This document shows, piece after piece, positions 46,547 to 58,500 of a DNA stretch of 64,000 nucleotides; within the stretch, counting starts at the first letter, position 1; each line of letters begins with the position of its first letter. The DNA is taken from NCBI GenBank assembly GCA_050290185.1, contig JBNKHE010000001.1, forward strand, positions 162,713-226,712. The letters are read 5' to 3'. Position numbers and translations under genes: made by a program. Below the pieces are notes generated by a model. The model searched no databases. It worked only from the letters and a program-made list of their open reading frames with translations, and had not been told where the DNA came from. Source of the stretch: Pontiella sp. GTDB lineage: Bacteria; Verrucomicrobiota; Kiritimatiellia; Kiritimatiellales; Pontiellaceae.

Positions 46547-47794
46547 CTACTTGTTTTTGGTGAAGCAGAGAGAGGCGTTGTGTCCGCCAAAACCCAGCGA
46601 GTTGCTCAACGCGGCATTGATCTCCATTTCACGGGCAACATTCGGAACATAATCCAGATCGCAATCGGGATCAGGCGTGGTGTAGTTGATGGTCGGCGGG
46701 GCAATTCCGTCTCGGATTGCCAGCGCAATAATCGCCGCCTCAACTCCGCCGGCCGCACCCAGCATATGCCCCGTCATCGACTTGGTGGAGCTTACCGCCA
46801 CCTTATAGGCCAGCTCTTCACCTAACGCCTTCTTGATGGCAAGGGTTTCGCCCTTGTCGTTAAGCGGCGTGCTGGTGCCGTGTGCATTGATATAGTCGAT
46901 ATCTTCGGGCTTCAGCCCCGCATCCGCAATTGACAGCGCCATGCCGCGCGCAGCCTCATCGGCTTCGGAATTCGGAGCGGTAATATGGTAAGCGTCGCAG
47001 GTCCGGCCATAGCCAGCTGCTTCGCAATAGATTTTTGCACCGCGCTTAAGGGCGTGTTCTTTTTCCTCAAGCACCAGAATTCCGGAGCCCTCGGACATCA
47101 CGAAACCATCGCGATCCTTATCAAACGGTCGGGAAGCGCCCTGCGGATCATCATTGCGACGACTTGTGGCGCGCAAAGCCGCAAACCCACCGACACCAAG
47201 CATGGCAATGGAGGCTTCGGCACCGCCGGCAATCATCACATCAGCATCGCCGTATTGGATCATGCGCATGGCCTCGCCGATGGAGTGCGTACCCGAAGCA
47301 CAGGCGCTGGTGATACAGAAATTAGGGCCTTTAAAACCATATTTGATCGACACATATCCTGAGAGGATATTGGTGATCATCTGGGGAATGAGCTGCGGAG
47401 AAATACGGCGAGGGCCTTTTTCATAGGCCTTCAGGCATTCATTTTGCATGATCTGCATCCCGCCAATGCCCGAGCTTGCAATCACACCCACGCGCTGCAG
47501 ATCAAGAGAGTCAACATCCAGCTTGGCATCTTCCACCGCCATCGTTGCTGCCGCCACCCCCCAAATGGCAAACGGATCCATCTTGCGGGCTTCTTTGTAA
47601 TCGAGGAATTTTTCAACATCAAGGTCGCGGATTTCTCCGCCAAAGGTCACCGGATACTGGTCGATATCAGCCATGGCCTTGACATGGTCGATGCCCGACT
47701 TGCCGGCCTTGATTCCATCCCAGAACCTTCCAAGTTCGCTTGCAACGGGAGAAACAACCCCGATACCGGTTACCACTACTTCACGCCCTCTCAT
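46547..47794 (-). CDS. fabF: 3-oxoacyl-ACP synthase II
   Basis: Motifs [21 protein letters not shown] and [10 protein letters not shown]. Confidence 0.96.
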   Translation of the reverse strand: MRGREVVVTGIGVVSPVASELGRFWDGIKAGKSGIDHVKAMADIDQYPVTFGGEIRDLDVEKFLDYKEARKMDPFAIWGVAAATMAVEDAKLDVDSLDLQRVGVIASSGIGGMQIMQNECLKAYEKGPRRISPQLIPQMITNILSGYVSIKYGFKGPNFCITSACASGTHSIGEAMRMIQYGDADVMIAGGAEASIAMLGVGGFAALRATSRRNDDPQGASRPFDKDRDGFVMSEGSGILVLEEKEHALKRGAKIYCEAAGYGRTCDAYHITAPNSEADEAARGMALSIADAGLKPEDIDYINAHGTSTPLNDKGETLAIKKALGEELAYKVAVSSTKSMTGHMLGAAGGVEAAIIALAIRDGIAPPTINYTTPDPDCDLDYVPNVAREMEINAALSNSLGFGGHNASLCFTKNK

Positions 47795-47823
47795 AATCCG
47801 TCCCTCTGTAGAAATTAATGCTG

Positions 47824-47862
47824 AAATGGCCGGGATAGCTCAACGAGCAGTCCCGGCCATTT
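47824..47862 (-). terminator. Stem-loop after acpP (terminator or stabilising hairpin)
   Basis: AAATGGCCGGGA...TCCCGGCCATTT. Confidence 0.6.
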
Positions 47863-47880
47863 AAAAACAGTCAGCTGGGC

Positions 47881-48117
47881 TTACTCGAAACCCTTTTCCT
47901 TCAGGTAGCTGATCACACCGCCAACAGAGGTGAGTTTTTCAGCATCTTCGTCCGGAATTTCGGCACCGAACTCTTCTTCAAAAGCCATTACCAGCTCCAC
48001 GGTATCGAGTGAGTCTGCGCCGAGATCTTCAATAAAGGAAGCTTCGGTGGTAACCTGGTCAGCGTTAACGCCGAGTTGCTCGACGATGATGTCTTTTACC
48101 TTATCTTCAACTGCCAT
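47881..48117 (-). CDS. acpP: Acyl carrier protein
   Basis: [20 protein letters not shown]. Confidence 0.97.
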   Translation of the reverse strand: MAVEDKVKDIIVEQLGVNADQVTTEASFIEDLGADSLDTVELVMAFEEEFGAEIPDEDAEKLTSVGGVISYLKEKGFE

Positions 48118-48153
48118 TTTATTCTCCTTTTCCTAGGTTTACATTTACAAACG

Positions 48154-48897
48154 TTACATTACCATTCCGCCGCATGTCGAGAGCACTTGCCCTGTAACAT
48201 ACGCGGAGGCATCACTTGCCAAAAACAGTACAACATTGGCCACATCTTCCGGTTCGCCGAAGCGCGACAGCGGAATCAACTCTTTCATCTTATTCTGGAC
48301 ATCTTCGTCCAATGCATCGGTCATCGCCGTGCGGATGAAGCCCGGAGCAACCGCGTTGCAACGCACGCTGCGGGAAGCCAGCTCCTTTGCAACCGTCTTG
48401 CTGAAGGAGATCACGCCGCCCTTGGAGGCTGCATAGTTGGCTTGGCCGGCATTGCCCATCAGGCCGATCACGGAAGCGATATTCACGATCGTGCCGGAAC
48501 GCCGCTTCATCATGCCGCGCATCGCAGCCTTGGTGCAGAGGAAAACGCCCTTCAGGTTGACATTCAAAACGGCATCCCAATCATCCTCGCTCATGCGCAT
48601 CAGCAGGCCGTCCTTGGTGATACCGGCATTATTGACGAGCACGTCGATCTTTCCAAAATCCTTTTCAATGGCTTTAACGCCATCAGTAACACTGGCTCCA
48701 TCGGCCACATTCACACCATAGCATTCGGCACGGCGCCCGAGCGCCTTGACCTTGCCGGCGGTTTCTTCGAGCCATTCGGCATTGAGATCGCACAGCGCCA
48801 CATCAGCTCCGGCCTCGGCCAATTTTACGGCAATCGCCTGCCCCAGTCCGCGGGCGGCACCAGTTACCATTGCAACTTTATCGTTCAATTCAAACAT
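48154..48897 (-). CDS. fabG: 3-oxoacyl-ACP reductase
   Basis: Motifs [16 protein letters not shown] and NYAASK. Confidence 0.95.
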   Translation of the reverse strand: MFELNDKVAMVTGAARGLGQAIAVKLAEAGADVALCDLNAEWLEETAGKVKALGRRAECYGVNVADGASVTDGVKAIEKDFGKIDVLVNNAGITKDGLLMRMSEDDWDAVLNVNLKGVFLCTKAAMRGMMKRRSGTIVNIASVIGLMGNAGQANYAASKGGVISFSKTVAKELASRSVRCNAVAPGFIRTAMTDALDEDVQNKMKELIPLSRFGEPEDVANVVLFLASDASAYVTGQVLSTCGGMVM

Positions 48898-48906
48898 GGT
48901 AATTCC

Positions 48907-49809
48907 TTATTGATTTTCAATATCTGTTAGCTGGCCGATGTTACGAACCGTCACGGTCTTGTCAATACGCTTTATCAGCCCCGCCAGAACCTTGCCGGGC
49001 CCGATTTCCACAACCTCTTCCACTCCATCGGCGGCCAGTTTTTGCACGGAATCCACCCATTGCACGGAAGAGGTGATCTGTTTGACCATGTTGCTGCGGA
49101 TCGCCGCGGCGTCATGAAGATCAGCCGTTACGTTCGATAGCACCGGAACCGTGGGTTGACCCAGTTGGACATCCGCCAGAAACGCATCCATCTTTTCCGC
49201 AGCGGGCTGCATCAGCGGAGAGTGGAAGGCGCCAGCTACCGGAAGGCGTATAGCGCGCTTTGCACCGGCTTCCTTCACCAGCACCTCGGCCTGATCGATT
49301 GATTCGGCAGTCCCCGAGAGAACGGTCTGGCCCAGCGAATTAAAATTGGCTACGTGGCATCCGGCCTTTTCAGAAATACCAACGAGTACATCCCCATCGA
49401 CATTCATGACAGCAAGCATGGCGCCAGGATTCTCTTCGCAGGCGGCCTGCATGAATTCACCACGGGCCTTCAGAACTCTGATCGTATCTGCAAAACTGAC
49501 AACTCCGGCCACATAAAGCGCGGTCCATTCCCCGAGACTGTGTCCCGCGAGAACGTTGTATTCAACCGGTTGCTTCAGTTCCATCGCCTTGAATGCGGCG
49601 GCGCTCGCCACAAAAATACCAAGCTGGGCATGGTTCGATTTGTTGAGTTCCTCCTGTGGCCCTTCAAAACAGATCTGCGACAGATCATAGCCGAGGATTT
49701 CGTTGGCCTGGTCAAACAGGGCCTTGCACTCGGGAATGGCTTCGGCGAGGTCCTTCCCCATGCCTACCACCTGGGATCCCTGTCCCGGAAAAACGATTGC
49801 TCTTTTCAT
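48907..49809 (-). CDS. fabD: Malonyl-CoA:ACP transacylase
   Basis: Motifs FPGQGSQ, GHSLGE and AFHS. Confidence 0.96.
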   Translation of the reverse strand: MKRAIVFPGQGSQVVGMGKDLAEAIPECKALFDQANEILGYDLSQICFEGPQEELNKSNHAQLGIFVASAAAFKAMELKQPVEYNVLAGHSLGEWTALYVAGVVSFADTIRVLKARGEFMQAACEENPGAMLAVMNVDGDVLVGISEKAGCHVANFNSLGQTVLSGTAESIDQAEVLVKEAGAKRAIRLPVAGAFHSPLMQPAAEKMDAFLADVQLGQPTVPVLSNVTADLHDAAAIRSNMVKQITSSVQWVDSVQKLAADGVEEVVEIGPGKVLAGLIKRIDKTVTVRNIGQLTDIENQ

Positions 49810-50802
49810 CTACTTCCCCCACTCCAAAACATTTGCGCCCCAGGTAAAACCACCGCCGAACACGGTCAGCACAACCAGGTCGCCCTTTTGGATGGTTCCA
49901 TCCTTGACGGCCTCATCCAGCGCAATGGCCAGCGCGGCCGACGAGGTATTGGCATATTTATCCACGTTGCAGTACATACGGTCGGCCACGCCGAGCCGCT
50001 TTGAAATTGCGTCGATGATGCGGATATTGGCCTGATGCGGAATAAAACACTTGATTTCGTCCGCGGAAACACCGTTCTTTTCCAACACCTGCGTCACCGT
50101 GTCCCCCATGCGCACCACGGCATGCTTGAATACGTCGCGACCCTGCATACGCAGGTATTGCATCTTCTGATCGAGCATTTCATGGCTCATCGGATTACGG
50201 CTCCCACCGCCCGGCGTCGATAGCAGGTCGGCGAGCGATCCATCGGAACCCATGACTGAATCCATAATACCACGGCCTTCGCCACCTGCGCGCAAAACCG
50301 CCGCGCCGGCGCCATCGCCAAACAGGATGCACGTCGTGCGGTCATTCCAGTCGAGGAACGTGCTCATCTTTTCGGATCCGATGACCAGCGCCGTGTCAAT
50401 GGCCCCGGCGGCAATCTGGTTCCGGGCCGTATCCATGGCGTAAAGAAACCCGGAACAGGCCGCACCCAAATCGAAGCAGTAGGCATTTTTTGCCCCGATC
50501 TTTTCCTGCACAAAACAGGCGGTGCTGGGAAAAAACATGTCGGGCGAAAGCGTCGCCACGATAATCAGATCTATCTCGTCAACGCTGATCCCCGCATCGG
50601 CGATGGCCTTTTTTGCCGCTTCGGCCCCCAGATCGGAGGCGGCCTGGTTTTCGGCAGCAATATGGCGTTCGCGCATACCGGTCCGCGAGTAGATCCATTC
50701 GTCGGAGGTTTCTACAATCTCCTCGAGATCCTTGTTCGTCAGAACCCTTTCAGGCACATAAGAGCCCGTCCCGATGATTGAAACTTTCCGTTTAGAATCC
50801 AT
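49810..50802 (-). CDS. fabH: 3-oxoacyl-ACP synthase III
   Basis: Motifs AACSGF, FGDGAGA, PHQANIRII and ANTSSA. Confidence 0.96.
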   Translation of the reverse strand: MDSKRKVSIIGTGSYVPERVLTNKDLEEIVETSDEWIYSRTGMRERHIAAENQAASDLGAEAAKKAIADAGISVDEIDLIIVATLSPDMFFPSTACFVQEKIGAKNAYCFDLGAACSGFLYAMDTARNQIAAGAIDTALVIGSEKMSTFLDWNDRTTCILFGDGAGAAVLRAGGEGRGIMDSVMGSDGSLADLLSTPGGGSRNPMSHEMLDQKMQYLRMQGRDVFKHAVVRMGDTVTQVLEKNGVSADEIKCFIPHQANIRIIDAISKRLGVADRMYCNVDKYANTSSAALAIALDEAVKDGTIQKGDLVVLTVFGGGFTWGANVLEWGK

Positions 50803-50826
50803 GCAACCGTTCCGTGAAAAAAATAT

Positions 50827-51837
50827 CTAGATTTCGGAGTTAATACTCTTTAGCTCAGCTTCAATCAAATGGTTTACATCATGATCTATAGATTCGGATG
50901 CCACACGAATCGCGTTGTATGTGGCCATGGCATTTGAAGAACCGTGCCCGATAATGACAACCCCGTTGGCCCCCAGCAAGGGCGCGCCGCCATAACTGGA
51001 AGGGTCCGCCTTGGCCTTCATCTCCCTGAACACTCCGGTGGCCAGCAACGCTCCCAGCTTGCGCACAAAGCTCCCGCGGAACTTCTGCTTGAGCCACGCA
51101 GAGATCATTTTGGCCACCGCTTCGCTGGTTTTGAGGACGATATTGCCGACAAAACCATCGCAGACAGCCACGTTCACCTTGGCTCCGAACAAATCCCTGC
51201 TTTCAACGTTTCCGACAAAATTCAGATTGGTCTGGCGCAACAGATTGAAGGTCTTTTTGGTGCTCTCGTTTCCTTTTCCCTCTTCCTCACCGATACTCAG
51301 CAGTCCGATGCTCGGATTGGCCACACCGAGGATTTCGCGGGAATAAATGCTACCCATGACGGCATACTGCTGGATCATTTCGGGCGTGCTGTCCGGATTG
51401 GCACCGGCATCCAGCAAAACGAAGGGATCAAGGGAAGTCGGCATAACCGTCGCTATCGCTGGGCGGTCGACACCCTCCAGCGTGCGCAACTTCAACGTGG
51501 CCGCCGCGACGGCGGCCCCGGTGTTGCCCGCTGAAAAAATAGCATCGGCCTTGCCATCCTTGACCAGCTCAACGGAACGCGCAATGGACGAGTCCTTCTT
51601 GCGGCGGATCGCAGTGGCCGGGGATTCGCCCATGCCCACAACTTCGGAGGCATGCACGATTTCAATACACGCAGGGATGTCCCCCTTGTGCTTGGCAAGT
51701 TCGGCCTTAATGGCGGATTCGTCGCCTACGAGGAACAGTTTTTCGATGCCTTTAATCTGTTCGGCAGCCTGAAGTGTTCCAGCAACGATTTCCTCGGGCG
51801 CAAAGTCGCCCCCCATCGCATCTATTGAGATACGCAT
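50827..51837 (-). CDS. plsX: Phosphate acyltransferase PlsX
   Basis: Motifs DAMGGDFAP, SAGNTGA and DGFVGNIVLK. Confidence 0.96.
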   Translation of the reverse strand: MRISIDAMGGDFAPEEIVAGTLQAAEQIKGIEKLFLVGDESAIKAELAKHKGDIPACIEIVHASEVVGMGESPATAIRRKKDSSIARSVELVKDGKADAIFSAGNTGAAVAAATLKLRTLEGVDRPAIATVMPTSLDPFVLLDAGANPDSTPEMIQQYAVMGSIYSREILGVANPSIGLLSIGEEEGKGNESTKKTFNLLRQTNLNFVGNVESRDLFGAKVNVAVCDGFVGNIVLKTSEAVAKMISAWLKQKFRGSFVRKLGALLATGVFREMKAKADPSSYGGAPLLGANGVVIIGHGSSNAMATYNAIRVASESIDHDVNHLIEAELKSINSEI

Positions 51838-51842
51838 GGCAT

Positions 51843-52031
51843 CTACTCTTCAGTAGCGACCGTTAGTACCTGACGTCCATTGTAGTAACCGCAGCTGGAG
51901 CATGCGTGATGCGGCTGTGCGGGGGCTCCGCATTGGGAGCAGGAAGAGGCACGGGCAATCGGCTTCTTCATGTTCTGGGCCTTGCGGCTCGCGGTTCTGC
52001 TTTTCGAAGTTTTTCTTTTTGGAACTGCCAT
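51843..52031 (-). CDS. rpmF: 50S ribosomal protein L32
   Basis: MAVPKRKTSKSR...CSQCG...HHACSSCGYY. Confidence 0.95.
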   Translation of the reverse strand: MAVPKRKTSKSRTASRKAQNMKKPIARASSCSQCGAPAQPHHACSSCGYYNGRQVLTVATEE

Positions 52032-52048
52032 CGCAATCCTCCTTACGT

Positions 52049-52510
52049 CTATAAACTCAAACCGTCCAGAGCCGACCATGGGCTTGGACCTTCATCTTTT
52101 TCGCACTGACAGGGACCGTGGTTCAGATTCGCACCGCATTGGGAACAAATCCCCTTGCAGTCTTCACCGCACAACGCAAATCCCGAAACGTGCAACAAAA
52201 TATCCTCCCGCAAATCCTCAGTAATATCGACCGAATCGGTACCTTTGGGGGCGGGATAAGCGCGTAGAAAATCGGAAACGGCCACCGTTGTCGAGAAAAA
52301 TTCAGAACATCTTGCACACCGCATTTCAACCTCTGCCGACAGCGTTCCGCGAACCACAAGCTCCTCGGAAACCCGCTGGGCATACAGTTTATAGCCGATC
52401 TCGCCAAACTCTTTGATCAGCGGATCCTTTTCGACCTGCATAATCGACCCCGGATCGCTCCCCTCGTAATTCGAGCCCTCCTCCGGAATCCGCGCCACCA
52501 GTATCTTCAT
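52049..52510 (-). CDS. yceD: DUF177 / YceD family protein
   Basis: CARC, C.EDCKGICSQCGANLN and W..L; directly upstream of rpmF. Confidence 0.9.
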   Translation of the reverse strand: MKILVARIPEEGSNYEGSDPGSIMQVEKDPLIKEFGEIGYKLYAQRVSEELVVRGTLSAEVEMRCARCSEFFSTTVAVSDFLRAYPAPKGTDSVDITEDLREDILLHVSGFALCGEDCKGICSQCGANLNHGPCQCEKDEGPSPWSALDGLSL

Positions 52511-52538
52511 ATATCGCTCCTCAACTATTTCCTCCTAG

Positions 52539-52584
52539 CTTCCCGTTTCCAGGTGCAAGTTTCAAGTTTCACGTTTCAGGTTTC
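52539..52584. repeat. Degenerate heptamer tandem repeat (TTTCAAG)n
   Basis: TTTCCAG GTGCAAG TTTCAAG TTTCACG TTTCAGG TTTC. Confidence 0.75.
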
Positions 52585-52631
52585 GTCCCCTGCCCAACAC
52601 GAAAGGGAGTTCGCTATGAAGACTCCTGCTA

Positions 52632-52660
52632 TTGACCCGAGACAGCAAACTAGTTAGCTT
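52632..52660 (+). promoter_or_regulatory. Sigma70-type promoter, probably leaderless
   Basis: TTGACC-N17-TAGCTT-N7-ATG(52668); no SD sequence. Confidence 0.6.
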
Positions 52661-52667
52661 TTCTGAC

Positions 52668-53465
52668 ATGGAAACGTTCAGCACGCTAAACCCGGTCCTT
52701 CAGGCCCTGCTTGCCACCCTCTTTACCTGGGGGGTAACCGCGCTCGGCGCCACGCCGGTCTTCTTCGCAAAAACTATCAACCAAAAGCTGATGGACGGCA
52801 TGCTCGGCATGGCCGCCGGCGTCATGATTGCAGCAAGCTTCTGGTCGCTGCTTGCTCCGGCCATTGAAATGTCGGGCGGCAGCTGGATTCCCGCCACGGT
52901 GGGTTTTGTGGGTGGCGGACTTTTCCTCTACGTGCTGGACAAGATCCTCCCCCACCTGCACCCCGGCTTACCCATGAAGGATGCCGAAGGGATCCAAACC
53001 AGATGGCAGCGCAGCGTACTGCTCGTACTGGCCATCACCCTGCACAATATCCCCGAAGGCCTCGCAGTCGGCGTTGCATTCGGGGCGGTAGCAGCCAATA
53101 TAGACGGAGCCACGCTGGGAGGAGCCATTGCCCTTGCGATCGGGATAGGAATCCAGAATTTTCCCGAAGGCACCGCCGTGGCCATGCCGTTGCGCCGGGA
53201 GGGATTGAGCCGGCTCAAGTGCTTCTGGTACGGGCAACTCTCCGGGATCGTGGAGCCCATCGCTGGAGTGCTGGGGGCCTGGGCCGTACTGACCATGCGC
53301 CCGATCCTCCCCTATGCCCTCGCCTTCGCTGCGGGCGCCATGATCTTTGTCTGCGTCGAGGAGCTCATTCCCGAGTCCCAGCGGGAGGACAACACCGACT
53401 TCGCCACCCTGGGGGCCATTTTCGGCTTTGCCCTGATGATGACGCTCGACGTTGCCCTAGGTTGA
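52668..53465 (+). CDS. zupT: ZIP family metal transporter (ZupT/GufA)
   Basis: Motifs [19 protein letters not shown] and [15 protein letters not shown]. Confidence 0.9.
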   Translation: METFSTLNPVLQALLATLFTWGVTALGATPVFFAKTINQKLMDGMLGMAAGVMIAASFWSLLAPAIEMSGGSWIPATVGFVGGGLFLYVLDKILPHLHPGLPMKDAEGIQTRWQRSVLLVLAITLHNIPEGLAVGVAFGAVAANIDGATLGGAIALAIGIGIQNFPEGTAVAMPLRREGLSRLKCFWYGQLSGIVEPIAGVLGAWAVLTMRPILPYALAFAAGAMIFVCVEELIPESQREDNTDFATLGAIFGFALMMTLDVALG

Positions 53466-53562
53466 TGCCCGTTTGAAGTTCAGGTTTTTAAGGATTAAGT
53501 ACCCGACCCATCACTTCGCCCAGGCCCTCATGCCTATGAGGACTGGAACTTCCTCCAACCTA

Positions 53563-53596
53563 TTTCAAGTTTCAAGTTTCAAGTTTCCGGTTTCCC
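53563..53596. repeat. Heptamer tandem repeat (TTTCAAG)n
   Basis: TTTCAAG x3, then TTTCCGG TTTCCC. Confidence 0.8.
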
Positions 53597-53612
53597 TTGT
53601 ACGTTCCTTTGC

Positions 53613-54929
53613 ATGCTATTTTCCGATCTCATCAAAAACGAATCCCTGTTGCGCGCTGTCGCCGAGGCCGGATTCAAGGAACCTACGCCGATCCAGGCCG
53701 AGGCCATTCCGGCCATTCTGACCGGACGCGACATTATCGGCTGTGCCCGCACCGGCACCGGCAAAACCGCTGCATTTGCCCTTCCCTTAATCCAGAAACT
53801 GGTGAATTCCTGGACCGCCCCACGCGAAATCCGTGTCCGGGCGCTTATCCTTTCACCCACCCGCGAGCTCGCTATCCAGCTACTTAAGAACATCCAGACC
53901 TTCGCCGTCCACACCGAACTTTCCACCCTGCTGGTGCATGGCGGAACCGGCTATCAGGATCAAATCGAAATCCTGCGCGAAGGCGTTGACATCCTCATCG
54001 CAACCCCCGGCCGGATGCTCGACCTGATGGAACGCAAAGCCCTCCGGCTCGATCAGGTCGAAGTGTTCGTGGTCGACGAGGCCGACCGCATGCTCGATAT
54101 GGGCTTCGCACCCGACATCCGCAAAATTGCCCCGTTGCTGCCCCAGACCCGGCAGGCGCTCTTCTTTTCCGCCACCATGCCAAAAGAGGCGCTCCAGCTC
54201 GCCACCGGCATCCTGCACAAGCCGATGCAGGTCTCCAGCGATCCCATGTCATCCGCCGCCGAAAATATTACCAAGTCGCTCTACTATGTGGAAAAGAACA
54301 ACAAGTTTTCCCTGCTAGAGTGGCTGCTGAAACGGCTCGACTATGAGCGCGTGCTCGTCTTCTGCCGCACCCGCCGCGGCGCCGACCGGTTGACCGAACG
54401 CATGCAAAAAGCGGGACTTCCCGTAGAAGTACTTCATGCCGACAAGACCCAGCTCCATCGACAGGAAACCCTCGAAGCCTTCCGCTCCGGCGAAACGCCC
54501 GTGCTGATTGCCACCGACCTCGCCGCCCGCGGCATCGACATCGAAAACCTTTCCCACATCATCAACTTTGACCTGCCCGGCGACGCCGAAACCTATGTCC
54601 ACCGCATCGGCCGCACCGCCCGCGCCGGCGCATCCGGATCCGCCCTGAGCTTCTGCGACCCCACCGAAAAAAACTATCTGCGCGAAATCCTCGTCCACCT
54701 TGGCGAAGAAATGGATGTCGTGACCGACCATCCTTTTCACAGCGAACAGATCATGCACTATTCCGGCAACGTCAAATCCAAACACACGCCGGATAAAAAG
54801 AAGCATGTCAGTAAGATCCGGGAACAGACTACCTGGCGCCTTGCCCCCGGCGAAAGCAACAAGCTCCACACCAAAGCCGGCTCCCCCAGGAAAAACGCCC
54901 GCAACAACCCGAAGAAAAAAGAAAAGTAG
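53613..54929 (+). CDS. DEAD-box RNA helicase (RhlE-like)
   Basis: Motifs TGTGKT, PTRELA, DEAD, SAT and HRIGRTAR; basic tail. Confidence 0.93.
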   Translation: MLFSDLIKNESLLRAVAEAGFKEPTPIQAEAIPAILTGRDIIGCARTGTGKTAAFALPLIQKLVNSWTAPREIRVRALILSPTRELAIQLLKNIQTFAVHTELSTLLVHGGTGYQDQIEILREGVDILIATPGRMLDLMERKALRLDQVEVFVVDEADRMLDMGFAPDIRKIAPLLPQTRQALFFSATMPKEALQLATGILHKPMQVSSDPMSSAAENITKSLYYVEKNNKFSLLEWLLKRLDYERVLVFCRTRRGADRLTERMQKAGLPVEVLHADKTQLHRQETLEAFRSGETPVLIATDLAARGIDIENLSHIINFDLPGDAETYVHRIGRTARAGASGSALSFCDPTEKNYLREILVHLGEEMDVVTDHPFHSEQIMHYSGNVKSKHTPDKKKHVSKIREQTTWRLAPGESNKLHTKAGSPRKNARNNPKKKEK

Positions 54930-55179
54930 CTCACGGATACGCGATCCATTTAGCACGGTAAAAAGCCTGCTGCCACACATCCGGATCCGTGAATTCCAGC
55001 GAAATGGCCTTGCAGGCCTGCGTCAAAGCGGCGCCCCCTTAGAGCACCGCAGACCACACAAGTCAATGACATCGCCAGGTAACGCCCAAACACCCACCGC
55101 CTCTACCTCCCCTGCCTCGAGATCAAAATCAAGAGAGGCTCTCAAAGAGTGCAATATAACCGGGGAAACCTAAAAAGAA

Positions 55180-55254
55180 TGGAGCGGGAGACGAGAGTCG
55201 AACTCGCGACATACAGCTTGGGAAGCTGTCATTCTACCACTGAATTACTCCCGC
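55180..55254 (-). tRNA. tRNA-Gly (anticodon CCC)
   Basis: Minus strand GCGGGAGTAATTCAGTGGTAGAATGACAGCTTCCCAAGCTGTATGTCGCGAGTTCGACTCTCGTCTCCCGCTCCA: cloverleaf, T-loop GTTCGA, encoded CCA. Confidence 0.96.
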
Positions 55255-55510
55255 TCTTGTAGGAATAACTTCGAATGAGAAGCTTCAACAAGAGAACATA
55301 ACAAAGCCGGATATTGCCAGAAAAAAAAGACGTCTGGCCGGGCCGGCCCTAATCTATCGAAAGGCTTGGTACAGGCATTCATTTCTTCAAAGAAGACCGG
55401 TTGGATCTGAAACAATCAACACCCAGGATAAAATCTGGAACTCAAACTTTTAAAGTCGACTAAATCATATTTTTCCAGTCATATCCTTAGTTTTATCAGG
55501 AGAGATTTGG

Positions 55511-58500
55511 ATGGTGAGCCCCTATTTGGAATCTGCATTAGGAAGATATCGCTCACGCTATTCTCTGAGCCTTATAGCCATCGGATTGTTTACACTCATA
55601 AATACCGCTTCCGCCGAAGTGGTAATCAACGAAATCCACTACCACCCTGCAGACAAGACCAGCCCCGAGGAATTCGTCGAACTCTACAATGCCAGCGATA
55701 CCGCAGTGGATCTTTCGGGCTGGAGCCTGCGCGATGCGGTTGAATACACCATCCCTCCCGGCACGTTCATTCCGGCACATGGTTACGTCGTGATCGCGGA
55801 AAACCCCGCCGGGCTCGACGCGACGTACGGGACGACGGCCATCGGCCCATGGACAGGCAAGCTGTCGAGCAGTGGTGAGCGCATTGAACTGTACGATGCT
55901 TCCGATAGCCGGCAGGATCGCGTGGAATACGGGGCCGGCTTCCCGTGGCCCACCGCGTCCGATGGCGGCGGTTCCTCCGCGGAACTCATCAACCCGGGGC
56001 TCGACAACGATCTTGGAGGAAGCTGGCGCGCCTCCGCAACGGCTGCTGGATCGACGAACAGCGTCTACGTGGCATCATCCTCGGACTGGAAGTACAGGAA
56101 GGGATCCTCGGACGCCTCCTCTCCGGTCGATGCCTGGCGGGCAACGGCCTACGACGATTCGTCGTGGCTGTCGGGAACCTCATCGTTCGGCTACAACGCC
56201 AAATACACGGTTTCCACCACCTTGGGCGATATGCGCTACAACTATTCAACCGTGTACTACCGAAAGACCTTCACCGTTCCCTCCGAATCCATCCCCGCCG
56301 GATTGCAGCTCCGCCTGAAGTACGACGATGGCGCCGTGGTGTGGATCAACGGTACGGAAATCGCGCGCCTGCACGTGCCTTCCGGAGAGCTTGCCTACAA
56401 CCAGGTCGCCAACGATGACCATCCGGCCGACGACTGGGAGGAGATCACGATTACCAATGCCGATGCCATGCTGTATGGCGGCGACAACGTAATTGCCGTG
56501 CAATCGCTCAATTTATCGCAGGACAGTTCGGACTACTACTTTGATTTGGAGTTGCTCTCAACCCCATCCATTTCGGGCTCGGCGTTGCCTACGCCGGGCG
56601 CGATTAATTCGTCATACGCGCCTCTGGACTCCACACCTCCGCAGATCCGCCATGTGGATCATTTCCCGGAACAGCCTGAGCCGGGCGAACCGGTCGCGAT
56701 TACTGCAAAACTGACCGACCTCGACGGCATGGGTGCCGTCACCCTCTCCTACCAGACCGTGGATCCGGGCGCCTATATCCGGCTAACCGATGCCACGTAT
56801 GAAACCTCGTGGACCCAAGTGGCCATGCTGGACGACGGAACCGGTGGTGATGAAATGGCCGGCGATTCGATATACACGGCCGTGCTGCCCGCCGCAGTGC
56901 AAACCAACCGGCGGCTGGTGCGCTACCGCATCGCCTTTGTGGATGCCCTGGGCAACAGCGAAACCGTTCCCTACGCGGATGACGAGCAACCCAACTTTGC
57001 CTACTATGTCTACGCAGGCGTGCCCGACTGGCAGGGCGCGTTGTTTCCCGGATCAACCCCCGCGCAGACCTTCACATCCAACGTGCTTTCGAAGGTTCCG
57101 GTCTACACCCTAATTGTAAGCGACCAGGATGTGGTGAACAGCCAGTACAATTCCGACTACATATTTTCGCGCATGTACGGCACGTTTGTATACGATGGCG
57201 AGGTATACGACCACATCCAGTTCCGCAACCGCGGCCAAGGTTCGACCTACCAATCCGGCAAGAACAAGTGGAAGTTCTATTTCAACCGCGCGCGCGATCT
57301 AAAGCCTCGCGGCAACTTTGGCGGAAAATACAAGGAGACCTGGAGCCAGTTTTTCGGAGAAGGCTGTTCGAGTCCGTGGGCACCGGTGCATCGCGGCATG
57401 GCCGGCGTCGAGCAGACCCTGTCCCTCAAGGCGTATGATCTTGCGGGAGTCCCGACCACCAGCTCCCACTACTACCACTTCCGCGTGGTCCGCTCCGCCA
57501 CGGAAACACCGCCGGCCGGCAACCCGCTGGAGGGCGACCTTTGGCTTGGCACCACGGCCGACGGACAGTATGGCGGCGATTTCTGGGGACTTTACCTCGC
57601 GGTCGAACCCCTGAAGGGCTCGTTCCTCGACGAGCGCAACCTCCCCGACGGCAATGTCTACAAGGTCGAAAACTACGCCGGTGACAAGCATCACCAGGGC
57701 GAAACCCAAGCTTTGGACGCTTCCGATTGGAACTCCTTCCGCGATAGCTGGCGCTACTCCACGCCTTCCCAATCCTGGTGGGAAACCAACCTGGACCTGG
57801 AATGCTATTATTCCTTCATGGCCATCAACCGACTGGTCGGCAATGTGGATTTCGGGACCGGAAGCAACTATGGCTTCTACCACCGCCCAACCGACAATCG
57901 TTGGATAGTGATCCCCTGGGACCTTGACATGATGTTCATTGCCGAAACCCACTGGCGCGTGGACGACATCGGAAACAAACTGATCGCCATACCCGCACTG
58001 GCTCTGCAATACCACAACCGGGCACGCGAAATCCTCGACCTGCTCGCATCCGACGGCGATCCGGACGGCGGACAGGTCGGCCAGCTTATCCGGGAGTTCG
58101 CGGATATCGTCCATCCCATCGGCGAAACCAACACCTGGGCCAATGCCGACGCCGCCAAATGGAATATGCACCCGCGCACCAACGGCGACCCCAACAACCA
58201 CTCCGGGCAATACAACCACAAGGGGAATTTTTTCTACACCCCCTTCACCGATTCCCGAACCGGTGGCGATTGGGTGAGATGGCTCCGTGACCCGTCCTAT
58301 ACCGGAACGGCCACGCATGAAGACAGCATGGCGTATCTTCTCGACTACGCCACCGACACCTGGCCCGGCGGCACCTGGGAGGCCGGAAACGGCAACCAAC
58401 TCGGCTACGGCTATCAATACCTTGCCCACGATGCCTACGACGACGCCATTCCCGATAAACCATATATTGCGTCCCTTAGCTCCCCGGGATATCCCCTCAA

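Noticed and set aside
55180..55254. tRNA-Gly as the attachment site of an integrated element
   Set aside because: No integrase and no duplicated tRNA 3' end were seen in the window.
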